Part shown: positions 1 to 10,036 of the stretch, piece by piece
How the letters are laid out: every line of letters begins with the position of its first letter
Position numbering within the stretch: the stretch's first letter is position 1
Assembly (NCBI RefSeq): GCF_000341395.1
Contig: NC_020304.1
Span: 1,140,001-1,172,000 of the forward strand
Length of the DNA: 32,000 nt
Direction: 5' to 3'
Source of the DNA: Desulfocapsa sulfexigens DSM 10523
GTDB lineage: Bacteria; Desulfobacterota; Desulfobulbia; Desulfobulbales; Desulfocapsaceae
Position numbers and translations under genes: made by a program
The notes under the pieces: generated by a model
The model's database searches: none
Told to the model about the DNA's origin: nothing
Seen by the model: only the letters and a program-made list of their open reading frames with translations

Positions 1-1410
1 GTTCTCATTTTATTTGCTACCTTACTGCTGTGTATCTGTTTTGCCGCTGTCAAGATCTCCATGGTACTTGATCGTTTCGTCAAAGAGTTACTCTCTGCCT
101 TTCAGGATCTGCTTCATCAGAAAAAGGCCATGAACTTCCCCTGCTCCGGCCCGGATGAGGTGCGAAAACTGAGTCTCAGCCTGAACACTCTTTCCCTTCA
201 GTACCTTGAGAGTCTGCATTCACAGGAACGCATGCTGGAGAAAACCAAAGAGATGGAAAATGAGTTGAGACAATCACAGAAGATGAAAGCCATTGGGTTG
301 CTGGCCGGTGGCGTGGCACATGATTTAAATAATATTCTCTCGGGAATAGTCAGTTATCCACAACTTCTGCTTCTGCAGCTTCCCGAAGATAATGAATTAC
401 GTGGTCCAATTCTTGAGATTCAACGATCAGGCGAAAGAGCCGCTGCAGTGGTGGCGGACCTGCTCACCGTTGCCCGTGGCGTTGCCAGTAAAAAAGAATG
501 TGCTGATCTCAACACCCTTATCCAGGAATATTTTGATTCACCGGAACACAAAACACAGAAAAAAAATTACCAGAATGTACTCTGTTCCGTGAATCTATCC
601 GAAGAAAGCCTTCCCATTAGCTGCTCTCCTGTTCATTTAAAGAAAACACTCATGAATCTAATGATTAATGCTGCCGAGTCCATCCCGGCAGAAGGAGAGA
701 TTATTGTAGAAACAAAGAAGGTACAGTTTTGCAATAAAGATATTCTCGGTTCAAATCTGGCACCTGGTAGTTATGCACTTCTCCAGATCAAAGACACAGG
801 GCCAGGGATAGCGGAAAAGGATCTGAAACATATTTTTGAACCCTTCTATAGTAAAAAGAAGATGGGACGGAGTGGCACAGGACTCGGCCTGACAGTGGTT
901 TGGAATACGATGAACGACCATGAAGGCAGGGTCAAGGTTATGAGCAGCGAAGAAGGAAGCTGTTTTGAACTCTATTTTCCGCTGTATCTGGAAGGACAGA
1001 ACGCCACTCCTGAAAAAACTGAAGAAACTGAGTTGCAGGGGAATGGAGAACGTATTCTGATCATTGACGATGAAGCGTTGCAAAGGGACCTTGGCTCGAG
1101 AATACTCGATATCTACGGCTATCATGTCGATGCGGTTGCTTCCGGGGAAGAAGCTGTCCAATTTCTAAAAGACCATGAGTGTGATTTGTTGATCCTGGAT
1201 ATGATAATGGAACCGGGTATGGATGGCTATGCAACTTTTCTGGAAATAGTGAAGATTCGTCCTCAGCAGAAGGCTGTTATTGTTAGTGGGTTCTCAGCTA
1301 GTCAGGCAGTTGAGAAAACGCAGAAACTTGGCGCAGGGGAACTATTAAAGAAACCATACTCTCCTGAAGCTCTAGCCCTTGCAGTGAAGAATGCTTTGCA
1401 GCAGAAATAG
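1..1410 (+). CDS. Hybrid sensor histidine kinase with C-terminal receiver domain (5' partial, continues off the left edge)
   Basis: Frame is open to base 1 (VLILFATLLLCICFAAVKIS, TM-like, before the track's first M at 61). H-box GVAHDLNNILSGI, G-box DTGPGI..GTGLGL, receiver IDDE...LLILDM...KKPYSP. Confidence 0.9.
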   Translation, partial: VLILFATLLLCICFAAVKISMVLDRFVKELLSAFQDLLHQKKAMNFPCSGPDEVRKLSLSLNTLSLQYLESLHSQERMLEKTKEMENELRQSQKMKAIGLLAGGVAHDLNNILSGIVSYPQLLLLQLPEDNELRGPILEIQRSGERAAAVVADLLTVARGVASKKECADLNTLIQEYFDSPEHKTQKKNYQNVLCSVNLSEESLPISCSPVHLKKTLMNLMINAAESIPAEGEIIVETKKVQFCNKDILGSNLAPGSYALLQIKDTGPGIAEKDLKHIFEPFYSKKKMGRSGTGLGLTVVWNTMNDHEGRVKVMSSEEGSCFELYFPLYLEGQNATPEKTEETELQGNGERILIIDDEALQRDLGSRILDIYGYHVDAVASGEEAVQFLKDHECDLLILDMIMEPGMDGYATFLEIVKIRPQQKAVIVSGFSASQAVEKTQKLGAGELLKKPYSPEALALAVKNALQQK

Positions 1411-1591
1411 AAGATTGAAAGTGAGTACTAGTTGTGTAAAAATGTTGATCTTGTACTGTTAGAAATAGTGATATCCCAGGAATCAATTCCCTGAGTCACA
1501 CCATATTCGATAAATATTCAGTCAGGTAATACCAGCACACGCGGAGTATCTGATTGTATAGTACGTTTAGCTAGCCTGGATAACCGGTAAG

Positions 1592-2977
1592 ATGGAGAGT
1601 AAAGAACAGAAGACAACCTTAGCTGTGGCCACGGTTACCGCCTTTATGGCACCATTCATGATATCTTCGACCAACGTGGCCCTACCGGTCATTGGCAATG
1701 ACTTTCATGTGAATGCCGTATTGCTCGGCTGGGTTGCCACCTCCTATCTACTCGCCACAGCCGTTTTCCTTTTGCCGGCCGGCAAATATGCCGACTTACA
1801 CGGCCGCCGCAAGATATTTATGATCGGTATAGCCTTATTCACCCTGGGCGCACTTGGTGGTATGGCTGCAAATGGTATCGTTTTCTTCATCGCCACCCGG
1901 GTTCTCCAGGGCATGGGAGCGGCTATGTTCTTGACCACGGGAATGGCTATTCTCACCGCTACCTATCCACCACAAAGACGTGGTTGGGCCATCGGTATTC
2001 TAGTAACAGCTGTCTATGTCGGACTGGCAACCGGGCCCTTTATCGGCGGGATGTTGACCAGTTTCTGGGGGTGGAGATCAATATTTCTGGTAATCTTCGC
2101 TCTCGGACTCTGCTCCTTTGGCGTTACCCTGCGTTTTCTGCCAGGTAAGTGGCGACCTGCTGACGAACCCTTTGATAGTGTCGGCAGTCTGATCTATGGT
2201 ATTTCGATTTTATTGTGGGTCTACGGTGGAACCCGGGTACCGAGTACATCCGGCTGGTGGCTGTTCGGACTGGGATGGGGTGGCCTGATCCTCTTTTATT
2301 ACCTCCAGCGGCGCCGGCAAGAACCTGTTTTCGATGTCACCCTGTTTGAGAAAAACCGCATTTTTCTCTTTTCCAGCCTGGCCGCTTTAATCCACTATGC
2401 AGCCACCTTTGCCATTACCTTTCAGATCAGCCTCTATCTCCAGTATGTCAAGGGCTTGTCGCCCAAGGCAGCCGGGACCGTACTGATGGTGCAGCCTATC
2501 ATGATGGCCCTGTTCGCTGCCAAGGCTGGTAGTCTCTCCGACCGGATCGAAGTACGGCTTCTGGCCTCACTGGGAATGGGGATCACTGTCTGCTGTCTTA
2601 TTGGTTTTGTTTTTCTTGGCAGGGAGACCCCTATCTGGTTTGTGGCTGGAATTCTCGCCATACTCGGTTTCGGCTTTGCCCTGTTCTCCTCACCAAACAT
2701 GAGCGCGATCATGGGTGCAGTGGAACCGCGACAATACGGTCTGGCCTCTGGTTGTGTGGCTACCATGCGTCTTCTTGGCCAGGTTGGCAGCATGACCATT
2801 GCCACCACGTTCCTAGCCTTTTTTGTCGGCAGTGAACAGATATCTGAACTCCACAATGAACAGTTCCTCCTCTCCATGAAGAACTGTTTTGTCTTTTTTA
2901 GCGTCCTCTGTTTGGTTGGACTGGTATTTTCTCTGATGCGTAAGAGAAAAGAGAAGGGGAAAGAAGAGGGACTTTGA
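1592..2977 (+). CDS. MFS transporter, DHA2/EmrB-QacA-like
   Basis: 461 aa, multiple hydrophobic helices, MFS motif GKYADLHGRRKIFMIG and RVLQGMGAAM. Confidence 0.85.
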   Translation: MESKEQKTTLAVATVTAFMAPFMISSTNVALPVIGNDFHVNAVLLGWVATSYLLATAVFLLPAGKYADLHGRRKIFMIGIALFTLGALGGMAANGIVFFIATRVLQGMGAAMFLTTGMAILTATYPPQRRGWAIGILVTAVYVGLATGPFIGGMLTSFWGWRSIFLVIFALGLCSFGVTLRFLPGKWRPADEPFDSVGSLIYGISILLWVYGGTRVPSTSGWWLFGLGWGGLILFYYLQRRRQEPVFDVTLFEKNRIFLFSSLAALIHYAATFAITFQISLYLQYVKGLSPKAAGTVLMVQPIMMALFAAKAGSLSDRIEVRLLASLGMGITVCCLIGFVFLGRETPIWFVAGILAILGFGFALFSSPNMSAIMGAVEPRQYGLASGCVATMRLLGQVGSMTIATTFLAFFVGSEQISELHNEQFLLSMKNCFVFFSVLCLVGLVFSLMRKRKEKGKEEGL

Positions 2978-3005
2978 TTTGCAACTATGACACCCCTGCT
3001 TTTTT

Positions 3006-3860
3006 CTAAACTTTCATTTTGATACCAACCATTTTCAACTTGAGCCTATCAAACAAGCGATCAGGAAGCAGGCGAGATAACAGAATGATTTTTTTTGAGT
3101 TTGGGCCAACAGGATAACGAGTGCGTGGTTTTGTCGCTAACAATGCTTTTGCAATGACCTTGCCCACTGTTTCAGGCGCTGCACCCGTCATTTCTTGTTT
3201 ATGCATCGATTCCGCCATACTGAGTAATGGTTCGGCATATAGTTCACGCTGTTCCATTGTCATTTTACCTATTGTTTCTTTTGCTTGATCAAGCATTCGA
3301 TTTGCCGCTGGTGTCGCAATAGAAGAGGGGTCCACAGCGATAACATCAATTCCCCATGGCTTTAATTCGATTCGTAAACCTGAATTCAATGACTCAAGAG
3401 CATGCTTTGATGCACATATGGTTACACCAAACGGAATAGTTGTGTGGGCGCCAACCGAGCCTACATTAACTATTCTTCCTTTGCTTTTGCGAATAAAAGG
3501 TAGCATAGCTTGAGTTAATTCTAGAGTACCAAAAAGGTTTACGTCAAATATTTGCCTGAAGCGATCAATGGATAATGCTTCAATCGGACCAAAGTCTGCA
3601 ATCCCTGCCACATTGACTAATGCATATAATCCTTTATTGCCAAGGCTGACACGTAGTTTTTCCTTCAGGTCAGTAATGTCATTTGTTTGTGTAACATCTA
3701 GAATAACTGCCTCTAAGTTGGAAGAAGCTATTTGTGATAGTTTTTCACCATGTTCTTTTTTCCGCACACCAGCGAATACTTTAAAACCTAGTTTATCAAG
3801 CTCAAGTGCTGTTGCTTGACCAATGCCGGAACCAGCAGCGGTTACTAAAACTGTTTTCAT
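3006..3860 (-). CDS. SDR family oxidoreductase
   Basis: TAAGSGIGQATA nucleotide-binding glycine motif, NVAG-like (NVAGIAD), S..G then catalytic-region variant (VNVGSVGA...GVTICASKHAL). Confidence 0.85.
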   Translation of the reverse strand: MKTVLVTAAGSGIGQATALELDKLGFKVFAGVRKKEHGEKLSQIASSNLEAVILDVTQTNDITDLKEKLRVSLGNKGLYALVNVAGIADFGPIEALSIDRFRQIFDVNLFGTLELTQAMLPFIRKSKGRIVNVGSVGAHTTIPFGVTICASKHALESLNSGLRIELKPWGIDVIAVDPSSIATPAANRMLDQAKETIGKMTMEQRELYAEPLLSMAESMHKQEMTGAAPETVGKVIAKALLATKPRTRYPVGPNSKKIILLSRLLPDRLFDRLKLKMVGIKMKV

Positions 3861-3980
3861 TCTTTTCTCTCTTTATTTCATCGATACACTCGTCTCGGGC
3901 GGCCTGACATTCTCTGCAACACCTGGAAGGAGCGTGTCATAACTAAAGCTGATTACCATCGAAACTCAGCTTTGCAACCC

Positions 3981-4087
3981 GGAGTTGTTCTGTGTCGATT
4001 ATATGGGACGCCATAAACCCATCCCTGGGGGCTCTGCTGCGGCCGTCCAGGCCGCAGATGCCCATATAATCAACACGAAAAAACTCC
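3981..4087. repeat. Imperfect inverted repeat with internal GC hairpin (27-bp arms 3981-4007 / 4061-4087; inner stem 4037-4044 / 4050-4057)
   Basis: Left arm ggagttgttctgtgtcgattatatggg; reverse complement of right arm ggagttttttcgtgttgattatatggg (23/27). Inner CTGCGGCC-gtcca-GGCCGCAG perfect. Confidence 0.75.
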
Positions 4088-4284
4088 TCCTCTGGCGGGT
4101 AGGCTGAGGATTAGTGGTAACCAGGTAACTAAAAGACTGCTTTGAAAAAGCCCGTTTGTCAATCATTTTGAACAGTGCAGGTGTTTAACTCGCTCAACAC
4201 GTGCTTGCAAATATTATTAGTCAACGATAGAGTAGCCTGGTCCATGGAGTGGGAACTCCTGATAATCTTTACATTGAGAGACAT

Positions 4285-5082
4285 ATGCTAACCACATTTT
4301 TAACGTATTGCGCAGTCGGAGCTGTTGCAGGAATTCTTGCAGGATTATTAGGGATTGGTGGGGGGCTCGTAATTGTCCCCATGCTGGTTTATGTTTTCGC
4401 TCTAAACAATATTCCACCGGAATTGACCATGCACCTGGCTCTGGCCACATCCATGGCAAGTATAATGTTCACTTCGGTATCAAGTTTTATGGCTCATCAT
4501 AAACGGGGGGCCGTACGGTGGGATGTGGTGAAGAAAATCGTCGCCGGGATTCTCACTGGTACCTTTCTCGGTTCCTGTCTTGCCTCGGCAATGTCCACTA
4601 ACTTTCTAAAGGTGTTTTTTGTCATCTTTCTCTATTTCGTGGCCGTCCAGCTTCTTTTAAATAAAAAGCCCAAAGGAGGGCGGGAGCTCCCTGGAAAAAC
4701 TGGGATGTTTGCGGTGGGGAATGGGATCGGTGTGGTGTCCAGTCTGGTCGGCATCGGTGGGGGAACGCTGTCCGTACCATTCATGCTCTGGTGTAATATC
4801 AAGGTTCATCACGCCATTGGCACCTCCGCTGCCATTGGTTTACCCATAGCAATAGCCGGAACTGCAGGGTATGTCATTAACGGCTGGAATGTTCCCACCC
4901 TGCCAGCATATTCGTTGGGCTATGTCTATTTACCAGCCTTGGTCGGTATTGCAGCAGTGAGCGTCCTGACTGCACCCCTCGGAGTCAAACTGGCACATAG
5001 CCTTCCTGTAAATCGATTGAAGCGGGTGTTTTCTTTGCTGCTTTTTGGAGTAGCAACGAAGATGTTAATGGGAATTTTGTAG
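4285..5082 (+). CDS. TauE/SafE (TSUP) family sulfite exporter-like permease
   Basis: Two GLLGIGGGLVIVPM / SLVGIGGGTLSVPF repeats typical of TSUP. Track starts at 4249; ATG at 4285 with gagag upstream is the likelier start. Confidence 0.85.
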   Translation: MLTTFLTYCAVGAVAGILAGLLGIGGGLVIVPMLVYVFALNNIPPELTMHLALATSMASIMFTSVSSFMAHHKRGAVRWDVVKKIVAGILTGTFLGSCLASAMSTNFLKVFFVIFLYFVAVQLLLNKKPKGGRELPGKTGMFAVGNGIGVVSSLVGIGGGTLSVPFMLWCNIKVHHAIGTSAAIGLPIAIAGTAGYVINGWNVPTLPAYSLGYVYLPALVGIAAVSVLTAPLGVKLAHSLPVNRLKRVFSLLLFGVATKMLMGIL

Positions 5083-5151
5083 CAAGTGACGTTCTCACAA
5101 TGAGCAATAACGAAAATTTTATACCAGCTACACTTACCTGATTATAAGGGG

Positions 5152-6320
5152 TCAGCTTGCCTTCACTGGATGTTTTTGATACGTGCTGCTTGGCTGGCCG
5201 TCAATATAGATACCCTCCAGATAAGAGAGTTTTCGAGGCAGCTGTTTCACCGAGCCCCTGGTAATCAGAAATGTTGCCTTTCGTCCGACACAAAGTCTAC
5301 CCAAATTTGTCATATTGAAAAATCTGGCTCCATTTTCCGATGCACAGCAGATGGCCTCCTCAAGTGAGTACCCTGCCTTCATGAATAATTTCATCTCTTC
5401 GACCATCGACTCACCATGAAGGATGCCGACACTGCCACTTCCAGTTCCAACGGCGAGTGTCAGGCCTAACTCTTTGGCAAAACTGAGTTGCTTCAGCTGT
5501 TCGGCAAGTATCTTTTTCCAAAACGCTTCCGCGCCGGGAATTGGCTTGCCCGGTGCCACGTAACGTGTGGAAAACCGGCAGCACACACTTCCACCTGAGC
5601 TTGCACCATCGAGACCGTTTTTGGCCCGCACGATGCTGGGAATCCACAGCACATTCCTGTCGGCCATTTTTTGGAGGTTGCCTTCACCCATGTCATATCC
5701 CTGTTCAATGGCATCGCACCCTGCCTCAATGGCCTCTTTAACGTGTTGTGGTCCGTTGGCCAGCACCACAGCCTTTTTATTCCCTCTATGCTTGAGTGTA
5801 TGGCAGAGTTTTTCATGGCTTATAAGAGAATGTTGTGCGTCATCGTCTTCAATGCTCGCAGAATAGTTGATTCTGAGAAAATCAGGTTCCGTGGAACCCA
5901 TACTGCCAGAGCTGCGGATCTCCATTGACCTCATCCATGATTTTCTTTTTGATATCGTTGCACCAGCTCACCTATGGCATCAGTATCGGCCATTCCCTGT
6001 ACACCGTGTGCGTGGCAGTAATGGATGTGACGATCAAGGATGGTGAGCCTTTGTGCCGTATCGTCTTTTTCAGGAAATACCTGTACCTTTTCCACAACAG
6101 ATGGTGATTGTAGCAGAGAAACACTGCAGTCAACCAGGGCCGGTACAATGGTACAATGTGCAAAATCGTCTATTTCTGGTTCATCTTGGGTGGGGAGGGC
6201 ATCTACTGGACCAATAGCACTTATAAGGCCATCTTTGATCTCTAGAAAAACACGCCTGCGCACCCTGGCACCACTACCGTCAATAAATGCTCCTGCTACG
6301 ATGTACCGTGTTGTATCCAT
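5152..6320 (-). pseudogene. Amidohydrolase-superfamily protein split into two frames (N-part 5931..6320, C-part 5152..5934) and lacking the metal ligands
   Basis: N-part has amidohydrolase entry strand (IVAGAFIDGSG...VPALVDCSVSL); C-part continues the same fold (IRSSGSMG...AGCDAIEQGYDMG...AVGTGSGS...ASENGARFF). The parts overlap by 4 nt (ATGA) in different frames. Confidence 0.7.
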
Positions 6321-6462
6321 GAAGAGTTTTTTTCCTTCTATCTGTGCTATGCTGCTTATGGATGAGTTACCTACAAATGCTGTTCATTGAAATGATACCA
6401 TTTTTACTGGGCCATCTCACATTCTTTTGAGTAGAATCAAAAAAAACCATTTTGGAGTTTTA

Positions 6463-7464
6463 ATGAAAATCACACTCAAATCCCCCCTTGATATGCATCT
6501 TCATCTGCGTGATGATGAAATGCTAAAAACCGTTGCACCACTGTCCAGTAACAGTTTTTGCGGTGCACTTGTGATGCCCAATCTTGTCCCGCCTGTTACG
6601 GACAAAGATATGGTGAAAAGCTATAAGGGGCGTATTATTGAGGCAATTGGCAGTGATTGTTTTGAGCCTTACATGACCCTGTTTTTTCAAGACAGCTACA
6701 CAAGAGCTTTTCTTGAACAGGTGAGAGACGATATTTTAGCGGTTAAACTCTACCCTGCTGGCATCACCACCAATAGTGAGGGGGGCGTAGCTGCCCTGGA
6801 TGTGGAAACGCTTCGGCCTACCCTTCAGATCATGAGTGATTTGAAGATCCCTTTGTGTATCCATGGAGAGAGCAATGGATTTGTGATGGATCGTGAGCAG
6901 GAGTTTATGCCGATCTATGAGGCCCTGGCACAGTCCTTTCCTGAACTGAGCATTGTTATGGAGCATATCACTACGGCTGCTGCGGTGGCAATGCTTGACA
7001 GGTATGATAATATTTATGCAACCATCACCCTGCATCACCTGTTGATCACCCTTGATGATGTAGCTGGCGGAATGCTCAAACCCCATCTTTTCTGCAAGCC
7101 CATTGCCAAACGTTATGAGGATCGCGAAGCACTGCTTCATGTGGCGCTGAATGCACATCCAAAAGTGATGTTTGGAAGCGACTCTGCCCCACACCCTCAG
7201 CACAAAAAAGAGGCCTGTGGATGTGCTGCGGGAGTCTTTACGGCTCCCATTGCCCTGCCTGTCTTGGCGGAACTTTTTGCCAACCATGGTCTATTGGACA
7301 ATTTGCAATCCTTTGTAAGTAACAATGCAATGAACATTTATAATATTACCCCTCCTGTTACGGAATTAGTGCTTGAAGATACTCCGATGCATGTTCCTGA
7401 AAAATACAATACTGTTATCCCCATGTATGCTGGTGAACAGATCGGCTGGAGTATCAGGAAGTAG
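6463..7464 (+). CDS. pyrC: Dihydroorotase, homodimeric class II type
   Basis: DMHLHLRDDEML metal motif, LYPAGITTNS, HGES, H.TTA, GSDSAPH. Track starts at 6427; ATG at 6463 preceded by ttggag is likelier. Confidence 0.95.
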   Translation: MKITLKSPLDMHLHLRDDEMLKTVAPLSSNSFCGALVMPNLVPPVTDKDMVKSYKGRIIEAIGSDCFEPYMTLFFQDSYTRAFLEQVRDDILAVKLYPAGITTNSEGGVAALDVETLRPTLQIMSDLKIPLCIHGESNGFVMDREQEFMPIYEALAQSFPELSIVMEHITTAAAVAMLDRYDNIYATITLHHLLITLDDVAGGMLKPHLFCKPIAKRYEDREALLHVALNAHPKVMFGSDSAPHPQHKKEACGCAAGVFTAPIALPVLAELFANHGLLDNLQSFVSNNAMNIYNITPPVTELVLEDTPMHVPEKYNTVIPMYAGEQIGWSIRK

Positions 7465-7518
7465 AAGAAAGGAAAACCTTGGGAAAAGCACCCCAACTCA
7501 ACACTTTATTCTGTTGGA

Positions 7519-8448
7519 ATGACCATGAAAAGAAAATTCCTCATCTTTCTTCCCTCCACCTGGGCTTACATCAAGGAAGGATACCATACCCAAGGGTATT
7601 CATTGAAAAACTGGCTGCATGGTTACATCTATAGCAGGTGGATCTACCTCTATATTGGCATCGGCACCGGTGAGCATATCCTTGCAAGAAAGTTCAAGCC
7701 CTTGGCCAAATTTCTTTGTCGCTTTTTTAAACCATCTGGCAAGTCTGAATCTCCGGAAACATGTATCAGCTTTTCAGACACCTATCACGGCAAGGTCATC
7801 AGTCTTGATACGGCAAAAAAACTTGTCACCATAAACAGGAGAATTGAAGTAGCCGATCTTGAACAGGTCATCCCCTATAAGCTTGCGCGGTCAATTATTC
7901 TGGAAAACCCAGAACATATCGTGGTTATGGATTGCCCATGCCGTAAAGTACGCCCTAATCCATGTAAGCCCATTGATGTCTGTCTGGTGATCGGTGAAAT
8001 TTTCAGCCAATTTATCCTGGAACACCATCCCGCTAACAGTCGTAAAATTAACATGAAAGAAGCTGTCGAAATCCTCGAGGCAGAGCACAAACGGGGGCAT
8101 GTTCACCATGCTTTTTTTAAATCTGATCTTTTTAACCGCTTCTATGCAATCTGTAACTGTTGCAGCTGCTGCTGTGGAGCCATACAGGCCTGGCGCAATG
8201 GTACTCCCATGCTGGCCTCATCTGGCTATGTCAGCAGAAGCAATCATGCATTGTGCACAGCATGCGGGGTTTGTGTGGTGTTTTGCCAGTTTGAAGCATT
8301 AAAAATGAAAGAGGACACCATTATCATCGATGAAAAACGCTGTTTGGGTTGCGGTGTCTGTGTTACGAAATGTAAGGAAAATGCCCGATGGCTCGAACGT
8401 GATACTTCCAGAGGCACACCTTTAGAGGTTGATAAGCTTTTCCTTTAA
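7519..8448 (+). CDS. 4Fe-4S ferredoxin-type protein with additional Cys clusters
   Basis: CTACGVCVVFCQFEAL and CLGCGVCVTKC ferredoxin motifs, plus MDCPCRKVRPNPC and CNCCSCCCGA. Confidence 0.75.
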   Translation: MTMKRKFLIFLPSTWAYIKEGYHTQGYSLKNWLHGYIYSRWIYLYIGIGTGEHILARKFKPLAKFLCRFFKPSGKSESPETCISFSDTYHGKVISLDTAKKLVTINRRIEVADLEQVIPYKLARSIILENPEHIVVMDCPCRKVRPNPCKPIDVCLVIGEIFSQFILEHHPANSRKINMKEAVEILEAEHKRGHVHHAFFKSDLFNRFYAICNCCSCCCGAIQAWRNGTPMLASSGYVSRSNHALCTACGVCVVFCQFEALKMKEDTIIIDEKRCLGCGVCVTKCKENARWLERDTSRGTPLEVDKLFL

Positions 8449-8562
8449 CATGCAGTGGTAGACAGTTCACGAATTAGACTCGCAATCAGTCATTCATCAG
8501 AATCTTTTTACCTATGCAAAAAAGATATATTCTCCTGTTCTCTTTTGTCAAGACAGTACCTT

Positions 8563-9231
8563 CTATTGAACAAAATCCTCAGGCGTGTGGCGAACAATTT
8601 CTGCATCTACCAGATAAATGACTTCTTCGGCAATATTTGTGGCATGGTCAGCAATTCTTTCCAGATGCCTGCCAACCGACAAGGCGTGCTGGTAATAATT
8701 AATCTGTTCTGGGTTGCTCAGAATAGCCTCATTGAGACGTGCATACATTTCCTGATTCAGGGCGTCTACGTCATCATCTTCGGATCGAATTTTATAAGCA
8801 AGATGCACATCCATGTTGATCAGACAGTCGATGCTTCGGGTCAGCATGCTTTCAGCCTTCAAAGCCATCCCGGTTATATCAAAGGGAATTTTCACTTCAT
8901 CCTGAAGAGCCATAAAGGCACTGCGCTCGGCAATATTGACCGCCAAATCTCCAACCCGTTCCAGCTCGTTATTGATTTTCAAAACTGTGATAATAAAACG
9001 CAGATCAATGGCCACAGGCTGATAGAGGGCCAGGATACTGAGACAGGTCTCCTCTATCTCTACTTCCATTGCATCTATCTCAGCATCGTTATCTTTCACA
9101 TCAAGGGCCATTTTCTCATTGTGCTGAACAATGGAGAGAGTCGCGCGATATACACGGTCCTCAACGTCTTCCCCCATTTGAAGAATCTTATTCTTCAGAT
9201 TTTCTATATCTCTCTGCAGATGCCTGGACAT
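8563..9231 (-). CDS. phoU: Phosphate transport system regulatory protein PhoU
   Basis: PhoU repeat motifs (RVGDLAVNIAERS, HLERIADHATNIAEEV), adjacent to pstB. Confidence 0.93.
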   Translation of the reverse strand: MSRHLQRDIENLKNKILQMGEDVEDRVYRATLSIVQHNEKMALDVKDNDAEIDAMEVEIEETCLSILALYQPVAIDLRFIITVLKINNELERVGDLAVNIAERSAFMALQDEVKIPFDITGMALKAESMLTRSIDCLINMDVHLAYKIRSEDDDVDALNQEMYARLNEAILSNPEQINYYQHALSVGRHLERIADHATNIAEEVIYLVDAEIVRHTPEDFVQ

Positions 9232-9250
9232 ACTCCTGCCCCCTGATAAA

Positions 9251-10036
9251 TTAACCGAACCTGCCGGTAATATAATCTTCTGTCTGTTTCTCTTTCGGTT
9301 TTGTAAAAATACGTTTGGTTTTGCCGGACTCGATCAACCGGCCCTCATAGAAAAAAGCTGTTGTATCAGAGACTCTGGCAGCCTGCTGCATGTTATGGGT
9401 AACAATGACGATGGTATATTCCTTACGCAGTTCACCTATGAGATCTTCAATGTGAGTGGTGGATTTCGGGTCCAGAGCCGAGGCCGGTTCATCCATGAGC
9501 AGAATCTGCGGGTCAACTGCCAGGGCCCTGGCTATACACAAACGCTGCTGCTGACCGCCGGAAAGTCCCATGGCGTTTTCAGTCAGGCGATCTTTCACCT
9601 CTTCCCAGAGCGCTGCCCTGCGAAGACTTTTTTCAACCACATCCATCATTTTATTTTTATGCATTTTATGGATGCGAGGCCCATAGGCAACATTGTCAAA
9701 AATTGACTTGGGAAAGGGGTTGGATTTCTGGAAAACCATGCCAACCTGTTTACGCAATTCAACGATATCCTCCTTTTCATCATAGATATCCTGCCCGTTA
9801 ATCAGCATTTTCCCAGTAAGCCGGGTCTTTGGAATGATATCATTCATCCTGTTCATACAGCGGAGAAATGTTGATTTCCCGCAGCCGGATGGTCCTATCA
9901 AGGCTGTGACCCTCTGCGGGATAATATCCAGGGAGATGTTGAACAGGGCCTGGCTCGGACCATAATAAAAACTGACATCCATAGCCTGGATAACTGCTCC
10001 GCTCTCCGGTTGTGCTTCCTCTTGCCTGTTTACCAT
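9251..10036 (-). CDS. pstB: Phosphate ABC transporter ATP-binding protein
   Basis: Walker [10 protein letters not shown], signature [15 protein letters not shown], Walker B ILLMDEP. Confidence 0.96.
   Translation of the reverse strand: MVNRQEEAQPESGAVIQAMDVSFYYGPSQALFNISLDIIPQRVTALIGPSGCGKSTFLRCMNRMNDIIPKTRLTGKMLINGQDIYDEKEDIVELRKQVGMVFQKSNPFPKSIFDNVAYGPRIHKMHKNKMMDVVEKSLRRAALWEEVKDRLTENAMGLSGGQQQRLCIARALAVDPQILLMDEPASALDPKSTTHIEDLIGELRKEYTIVIVTHNMQQAARVSDTTAFFYEGRLIESGKTKRIFTKPKEKQTEDYITGRFG

Noticed and set aside
4037-4057. GC-rich hairpin as an intrinsic terminator.
   Set aside because: No U-tract on either strand, and it lies between divergent genes; better described as part of the larger inverted repeat.
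5931-5950. Programmed -1 ribosomal frameshift with a canonical X-XXY-YYZ heptamer.
   Set aside because: The zero-frame codons are CAA AAA GAA, which do not form a proper slippery heptamer such as A-AAA-AAG, and no obvious SD-like stimulator or downstream stem was seen. Recoding remains possible but a mutation or sequence error is simpler.
8455-9246. 263-aa plus-strand ORF.
   Set aside because: Antisense to phoU, which has clear family motifs; the translation has no recognisable domain.
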